From Haliotis rufescens (Eukaryota), in assembly GCF_023055435.1 (NCBI RefSeq), contig NW_025963846.1, positions 17,422,001 to 17,486,000 of the forward strand: DNA of 64,000 nucleotides, written 5' to 3'. Positions 1 through 12,207 of the stretch are shown here, piece after piece. Numbering within the stretch: position 1 is the stretch's first letter; the number at the start of each line of letters is the position of its first letter. Both the position numbers and the translations under genes were made by a program. The notes under the pieces were generated by a model. That model saw nothing but the letters and a program-made list of their open reading frames with translations. It did no database searches and was not told the origin of the DNA.

Positions 1-154
1 GTGATAAAGATGCTAGAATACTGCTGTAGGTTATCTCCCCACCGGGTGTGTACTGACACCAACAGACCTAGGTTGACAGACAGTGTTAAATACCTGGACT
101 TGGACTCAAATTAGATCACAGTTGGAGCCACACAGCTTTGAACTTTGTGATGGG

Positions 155-3100
155 GAGACAGATATCCTCATACAATCAGTAGAGCAGCTATGATGTCAAC
201 ATAATTGTGGGACATGCATCATCTGACAATCAGTGGAACAGCCATGATGTCAACATAATTATGGGACATGCATCATCTGACAATCAGTGGAACAGCCATG
301 ATGTCAACATAATTGTGGGACATGCATCATCTGACAATCAGTGGAACAGCCATGATGTCAACATAATTGTGGGACATGCATCATCTGACAATCAGTGGAA
401 CAGCCATGATGTCAACATAATTATGGGACATGCATCATCTGACAATTAGTGGCACAGCCATGATGTCAACATAATTATGGGACATGCATCATTTGACAAT
501 CAGTGGAACAGCCATGATGTCAACATAATTGTGGGACATGCATCATCTGACAATCAGTGGAACAGCCATGATGTCAACATAATTATGGGACATGCATCAT
601 TTGACAATCAGTGGAACAGCCATGATGTCAACATAATTGTGGGACATGCATCATCTGACAATCAGTGGAACAGCCATGATGTCAACATAATTGTGGGACA
701 TGTATCATCTGACAATTAGTGGAACAGCCATGATGTCTACATAATTGTGGGACAGATATCGTCATACAATCAGTAGAGCAGCTATGATGTCAACATAATT
801 GTGGGACAGATATCATCATACAATCAGTAGAGCAGCTATGATGTCAACATAATTGTGGGACATGCATCATCTGACAATCAGTGGAACAGCCATGATGTCA
901 ACATAATTATGGGACATGCATCATTTGACAATCAGTGGAACAGCCATGATGTCAACATAATTGTGGGACATGCATCATCTGACAATTTGTGGAACAGCCA
1001 TGATGTCAACATAATTGTGGGACATGCATCATCTGACAATTTGTGGAACAGCCATGATGTCAACATAATTATGGGACAGATATCGTCATACAATCAGTGG
1101 AACAGCCATGATGTCAACATAATTGTGGGACATGTATCATCTGACAATTAGTGGAACAGCCATGATGTCAACATAATTGTGGGACATGCATCATCTGACA
1201 ATCAGTGGAACAGCCATGATGTCAACATAATTATGGGACATGCATCATTTGACAATCAGTGGAACAGCCATGATGTCAACATAATTGTGGGACATGCATC
1301 ATCTGACAATCAGTGGAACAGCCATGATGTCAACATAATTGTGGGACATGTATCATCTGACAATTAGTGGAACAGCCATGATGTCTACATAATTGTGGGA
1401 CAGATATCGTCATACAATCAGTGGAACAGCCATGATGTCTACATAATTGTGGGACAGATATCGTCATACAATCAGTGGAACAGCCATGATGTCAACATAA
1501 TTGTGGGACAGATATCGTCATACAATCAGTGGAACAGCCATGATGTCAACATAATTGTGGGACATGTATCATCTGACAATTAGTGGAACAGCCATGATGT
1601 CTACATAATTATGGGACATGCATCATCTGACAATTAGTGGAACAGCCATGATGTCAACATAATTGTGGGACATGCATCATCTGACAATCAGTGGAACAGC
1701 CATGATGTCAACATAATTATGGGACATGCATCATCTGACAATCAGTGGAACAGCCATGATGTCAACATAATTGTGGGACATGCATCATCTGACAATCAGT
1801 GGAACAGCCATGATGTCAACATAATTGTGGGACATGCATCATCTGACAATCAGCAGACCAGCCATGATGTCAACATAATTATGGGACATGCATCATCTGA
1901 CAATCAGCAGACCAGCCATGATGTCAACATAATTATGGGACATGCATCATCTGACAATCAGTGGCACAGCCATGATGTCAACATAATTATGGGACATGTA
2001 TCATCTGACAATTAGTGGAACAGCCATGATGTCAACATAATTATGGGACATGTATCATCTGACAATTAGTGGAACAGCCATGATGTCAACATAATTATGG
2101 GACATGCATCATCTGACAATCAGTTGAACAGCCATGATGTCAACATAATTATGGGACATGTATCATCTGACAATCAGTGGAACAGCCATGATGTCAACAT
2201 AATTATGGGACATGCATCATCTGACAATCAGTGGAACAGCCATGATGTCAACATAATTATGGGACATGCATCATCTGACAATCAGTGGAACAGCCATGAT
2301 GTCAACATAATTATGGGACATGCATCATCTGACAATTAGTGGAACAGCCATGATGTCAACATATTTGTGGGACATGTATCATCTGACAATTTGTGGAACA
2401 GCCATGATGTCAACATAATTATGGGACATGCATCATCTGACAATCAGTGGAACAGCCATGATGTCAACATAATTATGGGACATGTATCATCTGACAATTA
2501 GTGGAACAGCCATGATGTCAACATAATTATGGGACATGCATCATTTGACAATTAGTGGAACAGCCATGATGTCAACATAATTATGGGACATGCATCATCT
2601 GACAATTAGTGGAACAGCCATGATGTCAACATAATTATGGGACATGCATCATCTGACAGTCAGTGGAACAGCCATGATGTCAACATAATTATGGGACATG
2701 CATCATCTGACAATTAGTGGAACAGCCATGATGTCAACATAATTGTGGGACATGCATCATTTGACAATCAGTGGCACAGCCATGATGTCAACATAATTAT
2801 GGGACATGCATCATCTGACAATCAGTGGAACAGCCATGATGTCAACATAATTGTGGGACATGCATCATCTGACAATCAGTGGAACAGCCATGATGTCAAC
2901 ATAATTATGGGACATGTATCATCTGACAATTAGTGGAACAGCCATGATGTCAACATAATTATGGGACATGCATCATCTGACAGTCAGTGGAACAGCCATG
3001 ATGTCAACATAATTATGGGACATGCATCATCTGACAATTAGTGGAACAGCCATGATGTCAACATAATTGTGGGACATGCATCATTTGACAATCAGTGGCA

Positions 3101-3810
3101 CAGCCATGATGTCAACATAATTATGGGACATGCATCATCTGACAATCAGTGGAACAGCCATGATGTCAACATAATTATGGGACATGCATCATCTGACAAT
3201 CAGTGGAACAGCCATGATGTCAACATAATTATGGGACATGCATCATCTGACAATTAGTGGAACAGCCATGATGTCAACATATTTGTGGGACATGTATCAT
3301 CTGACAATTTGTGGAACAGCCATGATGTCAACATAATTATGGGACATGCATCATCTGACAATCAGTGGAACAGCCATGATGTCAACATAATTATGGGACA
3401 TGTATCATCTGACAATTAGTGGAACAGCCATGATGTCAACATAATTATGGGACATGCATCATCTGACAGTCAGTGGAACAGCCATGATGTCAACATAATT
3501 ATGGGACATGCATCATCTGACAATTAGTGGAACAGCCATGATGTCAACATAATTGTGGGACATGCATCATTTGACAATCAGTGGCACAGCCATGATGTCA
3601 ACATAATTATGGGACATGCATCATCTGACAATCAGTGGAACAGCCATGATGTCAACATAATTGTGGGACATGCATCATCTGACAATCAGTGGCACAGCCA
3701 TGATGTCAACATAATTATGGGACATGCATCATCTGACAATCAGTGGATAAGACTGGATGTCAACATAATTGTGGGACATGCATCATTTGACAATCAGTGG
3801 AACAGCCATT
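155..3810. repeat. 54-bp tandem minisatellite, about 67 copies
   Basis: Unit GTGGAACAGCCATGATGTCAACATAATT(A/G)TGGGACATGCATCATCTGACAATCA repeated head to tail; it produces the 18-aa periodic ORFs in the track. Confidence 0.97.
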
Positions 3811-3939
3811 ATCTGTACATGATGGGAAGACCGATGTGAAGCCAAGGAAATCTTCACTACAAGAATGAATGTTGACCTGGACATGTTTAGGGCCTAATGC
3901 CACTTATATTTTAGGGATCCTTACAGGCCATATTCAGAT

Positions 3940-4960
3940 ATATTCAGGTCATGGCTAGAGTCTATATGAAGCTTAAGTCACGGCTGTAGTGTGTATGTGA
4001 AACAGGTCACTGCTGTAGTCTGCATATAAAACAGGCCATTGATATAGTGTATATGAAGCATAGGTCACAGATTTAGTGTGCATATGAAACAGGCCATTGA
4101 TATAGTCTGTATGAAGCATAGGTCACAGATGTAGTGTGTATGTGAAACATAGGTCATAGTATTAGTGTATACATGAAACAGGCCATTGAAATAGTCTATA
4201 CTAAGCATAGGTTACGGCTGTAGTGTATATATGAAACATAGGTCACAGCTGTAGTGTGCATATGAAACAGGCCATTGATATAGTCTATATGAAGCATAGG
4301 TCACAGCTGTAGTGTGCATATGAAACAGGTCACAGCTGTGGTGTATATATATGAAACATAGGTCACAGCTGTAGTGTATATATGAAACATCCCATTGATA
4401 TTGTCTATATGAATCATAGGTCACAGCTGTAGTGTATATATGAAACAGGTCACAGCTGTAGTGTACATATGAAACAGGTCACAGCTGTAGTGTGTATATG
4501 AAACATAGGTCACAGCTGTAGTGTATATATGAAACAGGCCATTGATATTGTCTATATGAAGCATAGGTCACAGCTGTAGTGTATATATGAAACAGGTCAC
4601 AGCTGTAGTGTGTATATGAAACAGGTCACAGCTGTAGTGTACATATGAAACAGGTCACAGCTGTAGTGTGTATATGAAACAGGTCACAGCTGTAGTGTAC
4701 ATATGAAACAGGTCACAGCTGTAGTGTACATATGAAACAGGTCACAGCTGTAGTGTGTATATGAAACAGGTCACAGCTGTAGTGTGTATATGAAACAGGT
4801 CACAACTGTACATTGTGTGTACGTGAAACATAGGTCACAGCTATAGTGTTTATGTGAAACTGGTCACTGCTATCAGTCTATTATGAAACATGTGTCACGG
4901 CTGTAGTGCGTATATGAAACATCACAGATATATTCTGTTTTTGAGCAGGTCACAACTAGC
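3940..4960. repeat. 30/32-bp tandem minisatellite
   Basis: Unit about ACAGGTCACAGCTGTAGTGTGTATATGAAA, with ACATAGG and GGCCATTGA variants. Confidence 0.93.
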
Positions 4961-4974
4961 ACAGCAACAAATGA

Positions 4975-5715
4975 AACATTGGTCACAGCTATAATCTCTG
5001 TATGAAACACATGCCACAGCTATAATCTGTACATAAAATATTGGTTGCAGCTATAGTCTCTGTAGATACACAGGTCACAGCTATAATCTGTACATAAAAT
5101 ATTGGTTGCAGCTATAGTCTCTGTAGATACACAGGTCACAGCTATAATCTGTACATAAAATATTGGTTGCAGCTATAATCTCTGTATGAAACACATGCCA
5201 CAGCTATAATCTGTACATAAAATATTGGTTGCAGCTATAATCTCTGTAGATACACAGGTCACAGCTATAATCTGTACATAAAATATTGGTTGCAGCTATA
5301 GTCTCTGTAGAAACACAGGTCACAGCTATAATCTCTGTAGAAACACAGGTCAGAGCTATAATCTCTGTATGAAACACAGGTCACAGCTATATTCTCAGTA
5401 TGAAACACAGGTCACAGCTATAATCTGTACATAAAATATTGGTTGCAGCTATAGTCTCTGTAGAAACACAGGTCACAGCTATAATCCCTGTAGAAACACA
5501 GGTCAGAGCTATAATCTCTGTATGAAACACAGGTCACAGCTATATTCTCAGTATGAAACACAGGTCACAGCTATAATCTGTACATAAAATATTGGTTGCA
5601 GCTATAGTCTCTGTAGAAACACAGGTCACAGCTATAATCTCTGTATGAAACACAGGCCACAGCTATAATCTGGACATAAAATATTTCTCACAACTATCGA
5701 CTCTGTATGAAACTG
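4975..5715. repeat. 32-bp tandem minisatellite with 64-bp dimers
   Basis: ACACAGGTCACAGCTATAATCT(CT)GTA alternating with AAATATTGGTTGCAGCTATAGTCTCTGTAG. Confidence 0.92.
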
Positions 5716-5879
5716 TAGAAATATAGGTCCTAGCTGTAGTCTCTATTAAACACTGCTGTATTGGGGAGATCCTGCTGAATGCAAATTGCTTGATAAATCA
5801 CAGTAGAGCTGTTATAAGAGTCACTAGGGACGGTGACGCTGCAGTCTGGGGAAGTGTAGGGAACAGACGGCCTAAAGCT

Positions 5880-6285
5880 CTAGGGTGCAGCAACTTGATG
5901 TGCAGAGTTGTATCCCTTTGCTGCCAGGATCTGGTCATCATAAGTTATTGGGTAACAAGTGGCAGTGCAGGTGCTGCAGTCCCTTGTGCGGAGTTGTGTC
6001 CCTTTGCTGTCAGGATCTGTTGATCTTGAATAATGGGACAGCATGTGGCAATGCAGGAGTTGCAGTCCTTGGTGCTGAGTTGTATCCCATTGCTGCCAGG
6101 ATCTGTTGATCTTGAATAATGGGATAGCATGTGGCAATGCAGGAGTTGCAGTCCTTGGTGCTGAGTTGTATCCCATTGCTGCCAGGATCTGGTGATCTTG
6201 AATAATTGGATAGAATGTGGCAATGCAGGAGTTGCAGTCCTTGGTGCTGAGTTGTATCCCATTGCTGCCAGGATCTGGTGATCAT
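5880..6285. repeat. 86-bp tandem repeat, about 4.5 copies
   Basis: GTGGCAATGCAGGAGTTGCAGTCCTTGGTGCTGAGTTGTATCCCATTGCTGCCAGGATCTG... recurs every 86 bp. Confidence 0.9.
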
Positions 6286-6374
6286 GGGTTTAAACCCTAG
6301 ATTCATTCTTGTTATGGTTATTGTTTATCAGCAGCATATCTGTGTCCTTTTAGTTTCACTAAATGACAGACACA

Positions 6375-6618
6375 GAAGATCTGGGGTAGAATAGGTCTTC
6401 AGCAACCCATGCAACCCTTAAAAGGCGACTATGGTTGTAAAAGGCATCTAACGGGATTGGGTGGTCAGGCTCGCTGACTTGGTTGATGCATGTCATCGAT
6501 CCAAATTGCATGGATCAATGCTCATGATATTAATCACTGGATTGTCTGACTCGATTATTTACAGACCACCGTCATATAGCTGGAATATTGCTGAGTGTGG
6601 CGTCAACAACAAACCCAA
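6375..6618 (+). mobile_element. Interspersed SINE-like repeat, family B
   Basis: GAAGATC..GGTCTTCAGCAACCCATGC..GGTGGTCAGGCTCGCTGACTTGGTTGATGCATGTCATC..GGAATATTGCTGAGTG..(AAAC)n; about 9 copies in the window. Confidence 0.85.
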
Positions 6619-6658
6619 ATCAACCTTCCTCATAAAGCTGCCATACCTTGAGATAACT

Positions 6659-6815
6659 GGAAAGTGTTGGAAGCAGTGTTAAGCCCAACACACTCCTGAA
6701 AGTGTTGGAAGCAGTGTTAAGCCCAACACACTCCTGAAAGTGTTGGAAGCAGTGTTAAGCCCAACACACTCCTGAAAGTGTTGGAAGCAGTGTTAAGCCC
6801 AACACACTCCTGAAA
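6659..6815. repeat. 38-bp tandem repeat, 4 copies
   Basis: GAAAGTGTTGGAAGCAGTGTTAAGCCCAACACACTCCT, perfect copies. Confidence 0.95.
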
Positions 6816-6897
6816 GCCCTGTAGTTTAGTTGTAACTACATTGCTAAAGTGTGATGAACTGCTTTTGGTACCCCTATGGGATTCCATGCTATAATAT

Positions 6898-7060
6898 GGG
6901 GGCGGTCGGGTAGCCTAGTGGTTAAAGTGTTTGCTCGTCACGCCGACGACCCGGGTTTGATTCCCGACATGGGTACAATGTGTGAAGTCCATTTCTGGTG
7001 TCCCCAACCGTGATATTGCAGGAATATTGTTAAAAGCGGCATAAAATCATATTCACTCAC
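6898..7060 (+). mobile_element. tRNA-derived SINE, family A, with 11-bp TSD
   Basis: A-box TAGCCTAGTGG, B-box-like GGTTTGATTCCC, CACT tail; flanking direct repeat CCATGCTATAA at 6884-6894 and 7062-7072. Confidence 0.9.
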
Positions 7061-7072
7061 CCCATGCTATAA

Positions 7073-7250
7073 AAGGTTCCCTTTAACCCACACTTGCAAA
7101 AGGAAGCTTGTTGGATCAGGTGGTCAGACTCAGTGACTTGATTGATGGCATGTCATTGTACCCCAACGACATGGATCATTGCTCATGATGTCAATCACTG
7201 GTTTGTCTGTTGAATATTGCTGAGTGCTGTGTTAAACAACAAACACAACA
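7073..7250 (+). mobile_element. SINE-like family B, diverged copy
   Basis: GGTGGTCAGACTCAGTGACTTGATTGATG..GAATATTGCTGAGTG..AAACAACAAAC. Confidence 0.75.
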
Positions 7251-7300
7251 AAAGTTATTAGAGGAGGTTAAAAGAGGTTACAAGTCATATTGTTCCACAG

Positions 7301-7377
7301 GTTCCAAAACGTCATCTATCAACATAATGGCCAGCGAGATATCTGTGGCAATATTTCTGTTCTTGCTGATATTTTAG
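7301..7377 (+). CDS. Candidate terminal coding exon with hydrophobic, GPI-signal-like C-terminus
   Basis: Acceptor ttgttccacag, then in phase 1 (G)SKTSSINIMASEISVAIFLFLLIF*; AATAAA at about 7964; no upstream exon identified. Confidence 0.35.
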
Positions 7378-7544
7378 AGTGCACCAGCATGATGTTCCCT
7401 CGAACCATGCATTACGATATATAGAGAAAGTTAGCCATTTTTAGCACACTTGAGCTGTAACCTTCTTTGAAACTTTGCTCTGATGTTCCATGCAATGATG
7501 TCTGTATAATGTGCTCTCAATATTACTGTTCTATTTTAAGCATT

Positions 7545-7790
7545 TTAAGGCATTTTGAGGTGATATGTACAATTCTTCTTGCGATGGGCATTTTGAAATG
7601 ATATGTACAATTCTTCTTGCGATGGGCATTTTGAGGTGATATGTACAATTCTTCTTGCGATGGGCATTTTGAAATAATATGTACAATTCTTCTTGCTAAA
7701 GGCATTTTGAAGTGATATGTACAATTCTTTTTGTGGTAGGCATTTTGAAATGATATGTACAATTATTCTTGCTGTAGGCATTTTGAAGTA
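7545..7790. repeat. 38-bp tandem repeat, about 6.5 copies
   Basis: GGCATTTTGA(GG/AA)TGATATGTACAATTCTTCTTGCGATG. Confidence 0.93.
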
Positions 7791-8369
7791 ATATGGCAAT
7801 ACATTTGGGGCAGAAAGCTTGATAGAAGTTGATTAGGAGTGTGTTGCAAGCTTTATGGACAGAAGAGAGCTTGAAATGTGGAGCTTTTCTATATTTAACT
7901 GTGACATCATATCTTTGCATCACAATCAGCGGTGTGCCATAAAAATAGTGAAGCGTGGTGTAGAATAAAACCTTGCAAGGCTAGTATATGCTCTATAAGG
8001 GTGCCCACTTCATGTTGACATTACAAAGTTATAAGCTGTGCTGCTCATGCTCAATGCTTGAAGTATATACAAGTAAAGTAGAACCATGTACAAAGACAAT
8101 GTTTGAACATATTCACTGCCATTATTTGTTTTAAAGCTGTTATAGGACCAGAGCTGTTCAAATACCAAAATTTCCTTCTTGGCCAGGCAAGTAAACTTAG
8201 AAATTGTTCTTGCCCATTTTGATTTTCAACTGGCCCTGCTATATCAGAGAAAAGAAGAAAACTTTAATTATAACAACAAAACTTTAGTAACTGAAGCTAT
8301 TTGAAGATGGGCAGAACAGATAATTGACTAGTCAAGTACTTCAGTTCCAAGGGGAGTAAAAGAGGTTTG

Positions 8370-8960
8370 GTCTCTTAGGCACATAGGCTTCTTGAAACAA
8401 ATGAGTCTTTAACAGAAGTGAATTGTCGCAGCCGATTTTATGGGGAGAGGAAGAGAGTTCAAAAGGGTTGGGGCTGCAACAGCGAAGGATCTATCTCTTG
8501 GTTTTGTTCTGGCCTCTGGAACCTTAAAACTCATCTGATCAGCTGAACATTAGAGTGCGGCTTAGCTTGTATGTTGACAGTAGGCTCTTGATGTAGTTTG
8601 GGTAGTCAGGTTCTCGAACACCACTCCTAGATTTTGTACATGATGTTGAGGCTGAATATGAGTCCTGGCGACTTCAACAAATGTAGAAACTTCAGGTGAT
8701 GTTGGCGAGTACCAAGAATGATGAATTTGACAGGATTTTATTTTGTTTTGACATGATGCAGTCGCAATATTCCAAATATTAGGGCATTGTTACAGTTTGG
8801 ACTATTCCATGTAGCTCTTGACCATAAGAACTGTTTCTGTCACAGATAGCATTTTGCTTTTACTTTAATCTGAAGAATGTTGTTTTCAACACCAACACCT
8901 CTTTATGACTTTTATTCAGACTTAGTATCCATGGCCAAAGATATGCTTTGTCAAATGTGT
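8370..8960 (-). mobile_element. Degraded LINE (L2/CR1 group) ORF2 3' fragment
   Basis: Minus strand reads RSFAVAAPTLLNSLPLPIK, resembling the RAFSVAAPxLWNSLP C-terminal motif of L2/CR1 ORF2; contains stops; boundaries approximate. Confidence 0.6.
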
Positions 8961-8964
8961 ATCC

Positions 8965-9240
8965 GGGGGCACGGGTGGCCCAGTTGTCTAGGGCGCCGCG
9001 ATTTGCTTTGCAGAGTTGCGTCCCTTGGGCACACAAGAAACCTATGATTGTGGCTTCGAATCCCGGTTCGCCCCTATTATGTTTCTAGGCTTGTCAGCAC
9101 CATACCCACGCTCGTGGGTTTCACCGAAGTGGTAAACGTCTGAGACCTGCATCACTTCGGGCTTTCCTCCCACATTAAGCTGACACGCCGTGATATAACT
9201 GGAATAATGTTAAAGCGGCGTTAAACCCAACTCACTCACT
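8965..9240 (+). mobile_element. tRNA-derived SINE, family C (long A-B box spacing)
   Basis: Head GGTGGCCCAGTTGTCTAGGGCGCC, B-box-like TTCGAATCCC, 3' tail GGAATAATGTTAAAGCGGCGTTAAACCCAACTCACTCACT shared with family A. Confidence 0.75.
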
Positions 9241-9992
9241 AAATGTCTATCCTAAATCCAGTCCGTTGTCTAATAGCTCTGCTTCATTTAAGTCAAAATT
9301 ATGGGTATGACACCAGACCCAACCCATTTTTTTTGACAAGACAAGATAATGTTGAGGGTATAAAGGTCCATGGCCCATCTTATATCTCTTGATTGACTTG
9401 CACAAGTTAATATCATGGGAATATTAGGGCTTGCTACTAAAACCCAATCGAAAGTCAAGTACATCAACATCAATGGAAGACACTGGAACGCATTTGGATA
9501 CAAAACTATGAATGAGCACAACTCACTGATGCTGTCAGCTTCTGCCAATATCTAATATATACATCATAAAGACTTGAAAGAAGAAGTTGGAACTTGAACA
9601 TTAGATTGAGATGATGGCTGCCATTGTTTGGTTTGCAAGGTCAAGGTCACAGGAAGGACACCAGGACCTACGATTCACAATATGAGTTGATATTTCATGC
9701 ACAAGTAAACTATTATGGAACAAATATTTAAAGGGTATTCAAGAACTTTTCAGAGTTAGAACTGGAGATCAGTCAAAGGAGAATGTATACCTCTGTTCGA
9801 ATTACGTGGATCAAACATGGAACAGCTTCATTTTGTGATGCAGTCTATTTGTGACTTACTGAACTGAAACCATTCATTGCAGATGTCTCACTTAAGACTG
9901 ACGGATGACTGTGACTAATTTCTTTCCACAGTAACATTTACTGAAAGCCATAAAACATGGCAATGATATGTGATCCTTAACTTCTAGTGAGC

Positions 9993-10193
9993 AGTATAGA
10001 ATGTAGTCAATGTCAATGACCACTTTTTATTGTAGATATATAGTTTGAAGGCTGTTTCTTTGCCATTTTGAATTGAGCTTTTTCTTTCTTACTCAGTATA
10101 GTATGTAGTAAATGTCAATGACCACTTTTTATTGTAGATATAGTTTGAAGGTGTTTCTTTGCCATTTTGAATTGAGCTCTTTCTTTTCTACTC
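9993..10193. repeat. Direct tandem duplication of about 100 bp
   Basis: AGTATAG..AATGTCAATGACCACTTTTTATTGTAGATA..GCCATTTTGAATTGAGCT occurs twice. Confidence 0.85.
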
Positions 10194-10482
10194 AAAAATC
10201 ACAGCATTTGATTTGATTCTTATCCATATGACCAAGTCTCAATAAGGAAAAATTAACATCAATTTTTGTAACTTGATACATTTTGACCTTTTCATGCTGA
10301 TAGATGTATCTGTATTTGATGATGGATATATATTCAAATGCTTTTCTTTGTATATATTTAGGGCATCATCTAAGAAAAATATGATGCAGATATAATGGAA
10401 TAATAATGTGAATACGAAAGCAAATGAATACCTATTTGCTTAGGTATTTGGATATTTTAAGACCTTTAATCAATTTATTTAG

Positions 10483-11121
10483 GCACACCTTCCCCACCTT
10501 CCACACCTTCCACACCAACTCACACAGAAGGGCCACGAAGACCTCACCCTTTGCCTCGACCAACACTGGAAGCAAGAGATGGCGGAGACAAATATGAAAA
10601 TGTTGTTATTCGCGCCCCTTCAGTCAAGGGCCCCAAAAAGCCATTGCGGGCTGTTTCGGACTCCGGCCAGGCATATGAGAACCAAAAACCATCTGGTGTG
10701 TCCAAAACGACATCAGCGCCACTACCCTTGAAGCAGACTTCCCCAATGACCCTGAATAAACAGCCAAGATCACAGGCTCCGGTTGCACCCACAGCAGGAC
10801 CCAGCAGTTCTGGTAACACCACCCTACCAAGAGCAGGACATAGTACTATAATTGACACTGGCACTAAAATCGCAACTAAAAAAACATTTGCACCACCACC
10901 ACCTAAAAACCAAGTAAATGCTCACAAGGCAGGTGTCCTGAACTTTGGCCAAGTTGGTGGTCAGACACCAGTTCCGGTCACCTCAACCAAGAAGCCTGGT
11001 GAGGTTACAAATGGGCAGTCTGATATGTATGGTGAGGTTCTAAAGAATCCAACTACTGGTAAACTTGGGAGCTACCCGGATGTATCTCGCACGGGTCTGG
11101 AACAAGGAAAGAAGAAGAGAG
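10483..11121 (+). CDS. Exon A of an unrecognised tyrosine-motif/proline-rich signalling protein (5'-partial gene)
   Basis: tttatttag acceptor and G|gtaagc donor, 639 nt, phase 1-1, open frame: TPSPPSTPST..PHPLPRP..KYENVV..AYENQK..APPPPK..MYGEVL..SYPDV..GKKKR. Confidence 0.85.
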
Positions 11122-11355
11122 GTAAGCGGCTTCAGCCATCTTTGATTGTCTTGAGGAACAATGTAAGAAGACCAACACTGACGTGTGTTGTGTCTGTTGT
11201 ATCATGTGGAGAGGAGCAGGTAAAGTAGTGAGCCCATGTCAGATTCTCTTTAAGTTATACATTTTCATGGTCAATTAAACTGAAGATTTCAGATCCACTT
11301 ATACCAGGCATCTCCTTGTTGAAATTGTCTAATTGGCATGACGGGTTGAGAGAAT

Positions 11356-11506
11356 GAGTGAGGTTTCATGCTTCTTATAGCAATATTCCATTAATGTCAC
11401 GGCGGAGAACACCAGAAATGGGCTTCACACGTTTCACCAATGTTGGGAATCAAACCAAGGTTCGGCATGAGTTAATGCTTAAACTACTAGGTTACCCCAC
11501 CGGCCC
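11356..11506 (-). mobile_element. tRNA-derived SINE, family A
   Basis: Reverse-complement match to 6898-7060 (CACCAGAAATGGGCTTCACAC, GGGAATCAAACC). Confidence 0.8.
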
Positions 11507-12207
11507 TGATAGGGGTGAAGGCAGATTATTAAACCTTGTTTGTTGAAGCTGACATTTCATTGTGAATTTTCACAACTTGCACAGAAAGTATTTCAAAACT
11601 TTGTAACTGACACATACACAAGATATATCCAGTACACAATCATTGATTCTATTGTACACTTTTTATCAGAAATTCAAGCTTCTGAAAAACAATCTCCTTA
11701 TCCAATGTCTATCTACAATCCGGATCTCTTTGGAAACACAATCCAATATACATTCTTGAGTCATAACTCTTTAGTCACGCATAACCAAATCTGTTGTCTG
11801 TCTTCTAATCAGATATATTTGGCGACATGATAATCTAAATTCAATCTCTTTCTCTTTGACAGTGCAATAATCTTATTCAGTGTTCAGTGACACAATAGCC
11901 AAGTATGCAATGTCCATCTTTGATCCAAATCTCAAAAACAGTTGAATCCAAAGTCCGTCTTTGATCCAGAACTCTTTGGCGACATGATCCAGTGTACATC
12001 TTAGAGTCACATCTCTTTGGCAACAATGTTTTTTGTTGTTTTTTTCCAATTTTTGTGAATACTTACATAAAGTTTAACTTTGTAGCTGCATGGTTTAAAA
12101 TTATTCCTGTATGCTATGAAAAAAGACAGGTTGAATGATGACGTGTTCAGCATCAGTGTGTTAGTGATGGTCTGACGTGACTGTTGTCCTTGTCCTACTT
12201 TGAAGCA

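Noticed and set aside
207-3839. Periodic ORFs (MGHASSDNQWNSHDVNII)n as a repeat protein, or the array as CRISPR
   Set aside because: Pure 54-bp tandem satellite with frequent in-frame TAG and no unique spacers; no cas genes; eukaryotic context
11122-11228. Extension of ORF 10551-11228 as a single-exon gene
   Set aside because: Strong G|gtaagc donor at 11121/11122, a TTG pseudo-start and an upstream acceptor at 10482 indicate an internal exon
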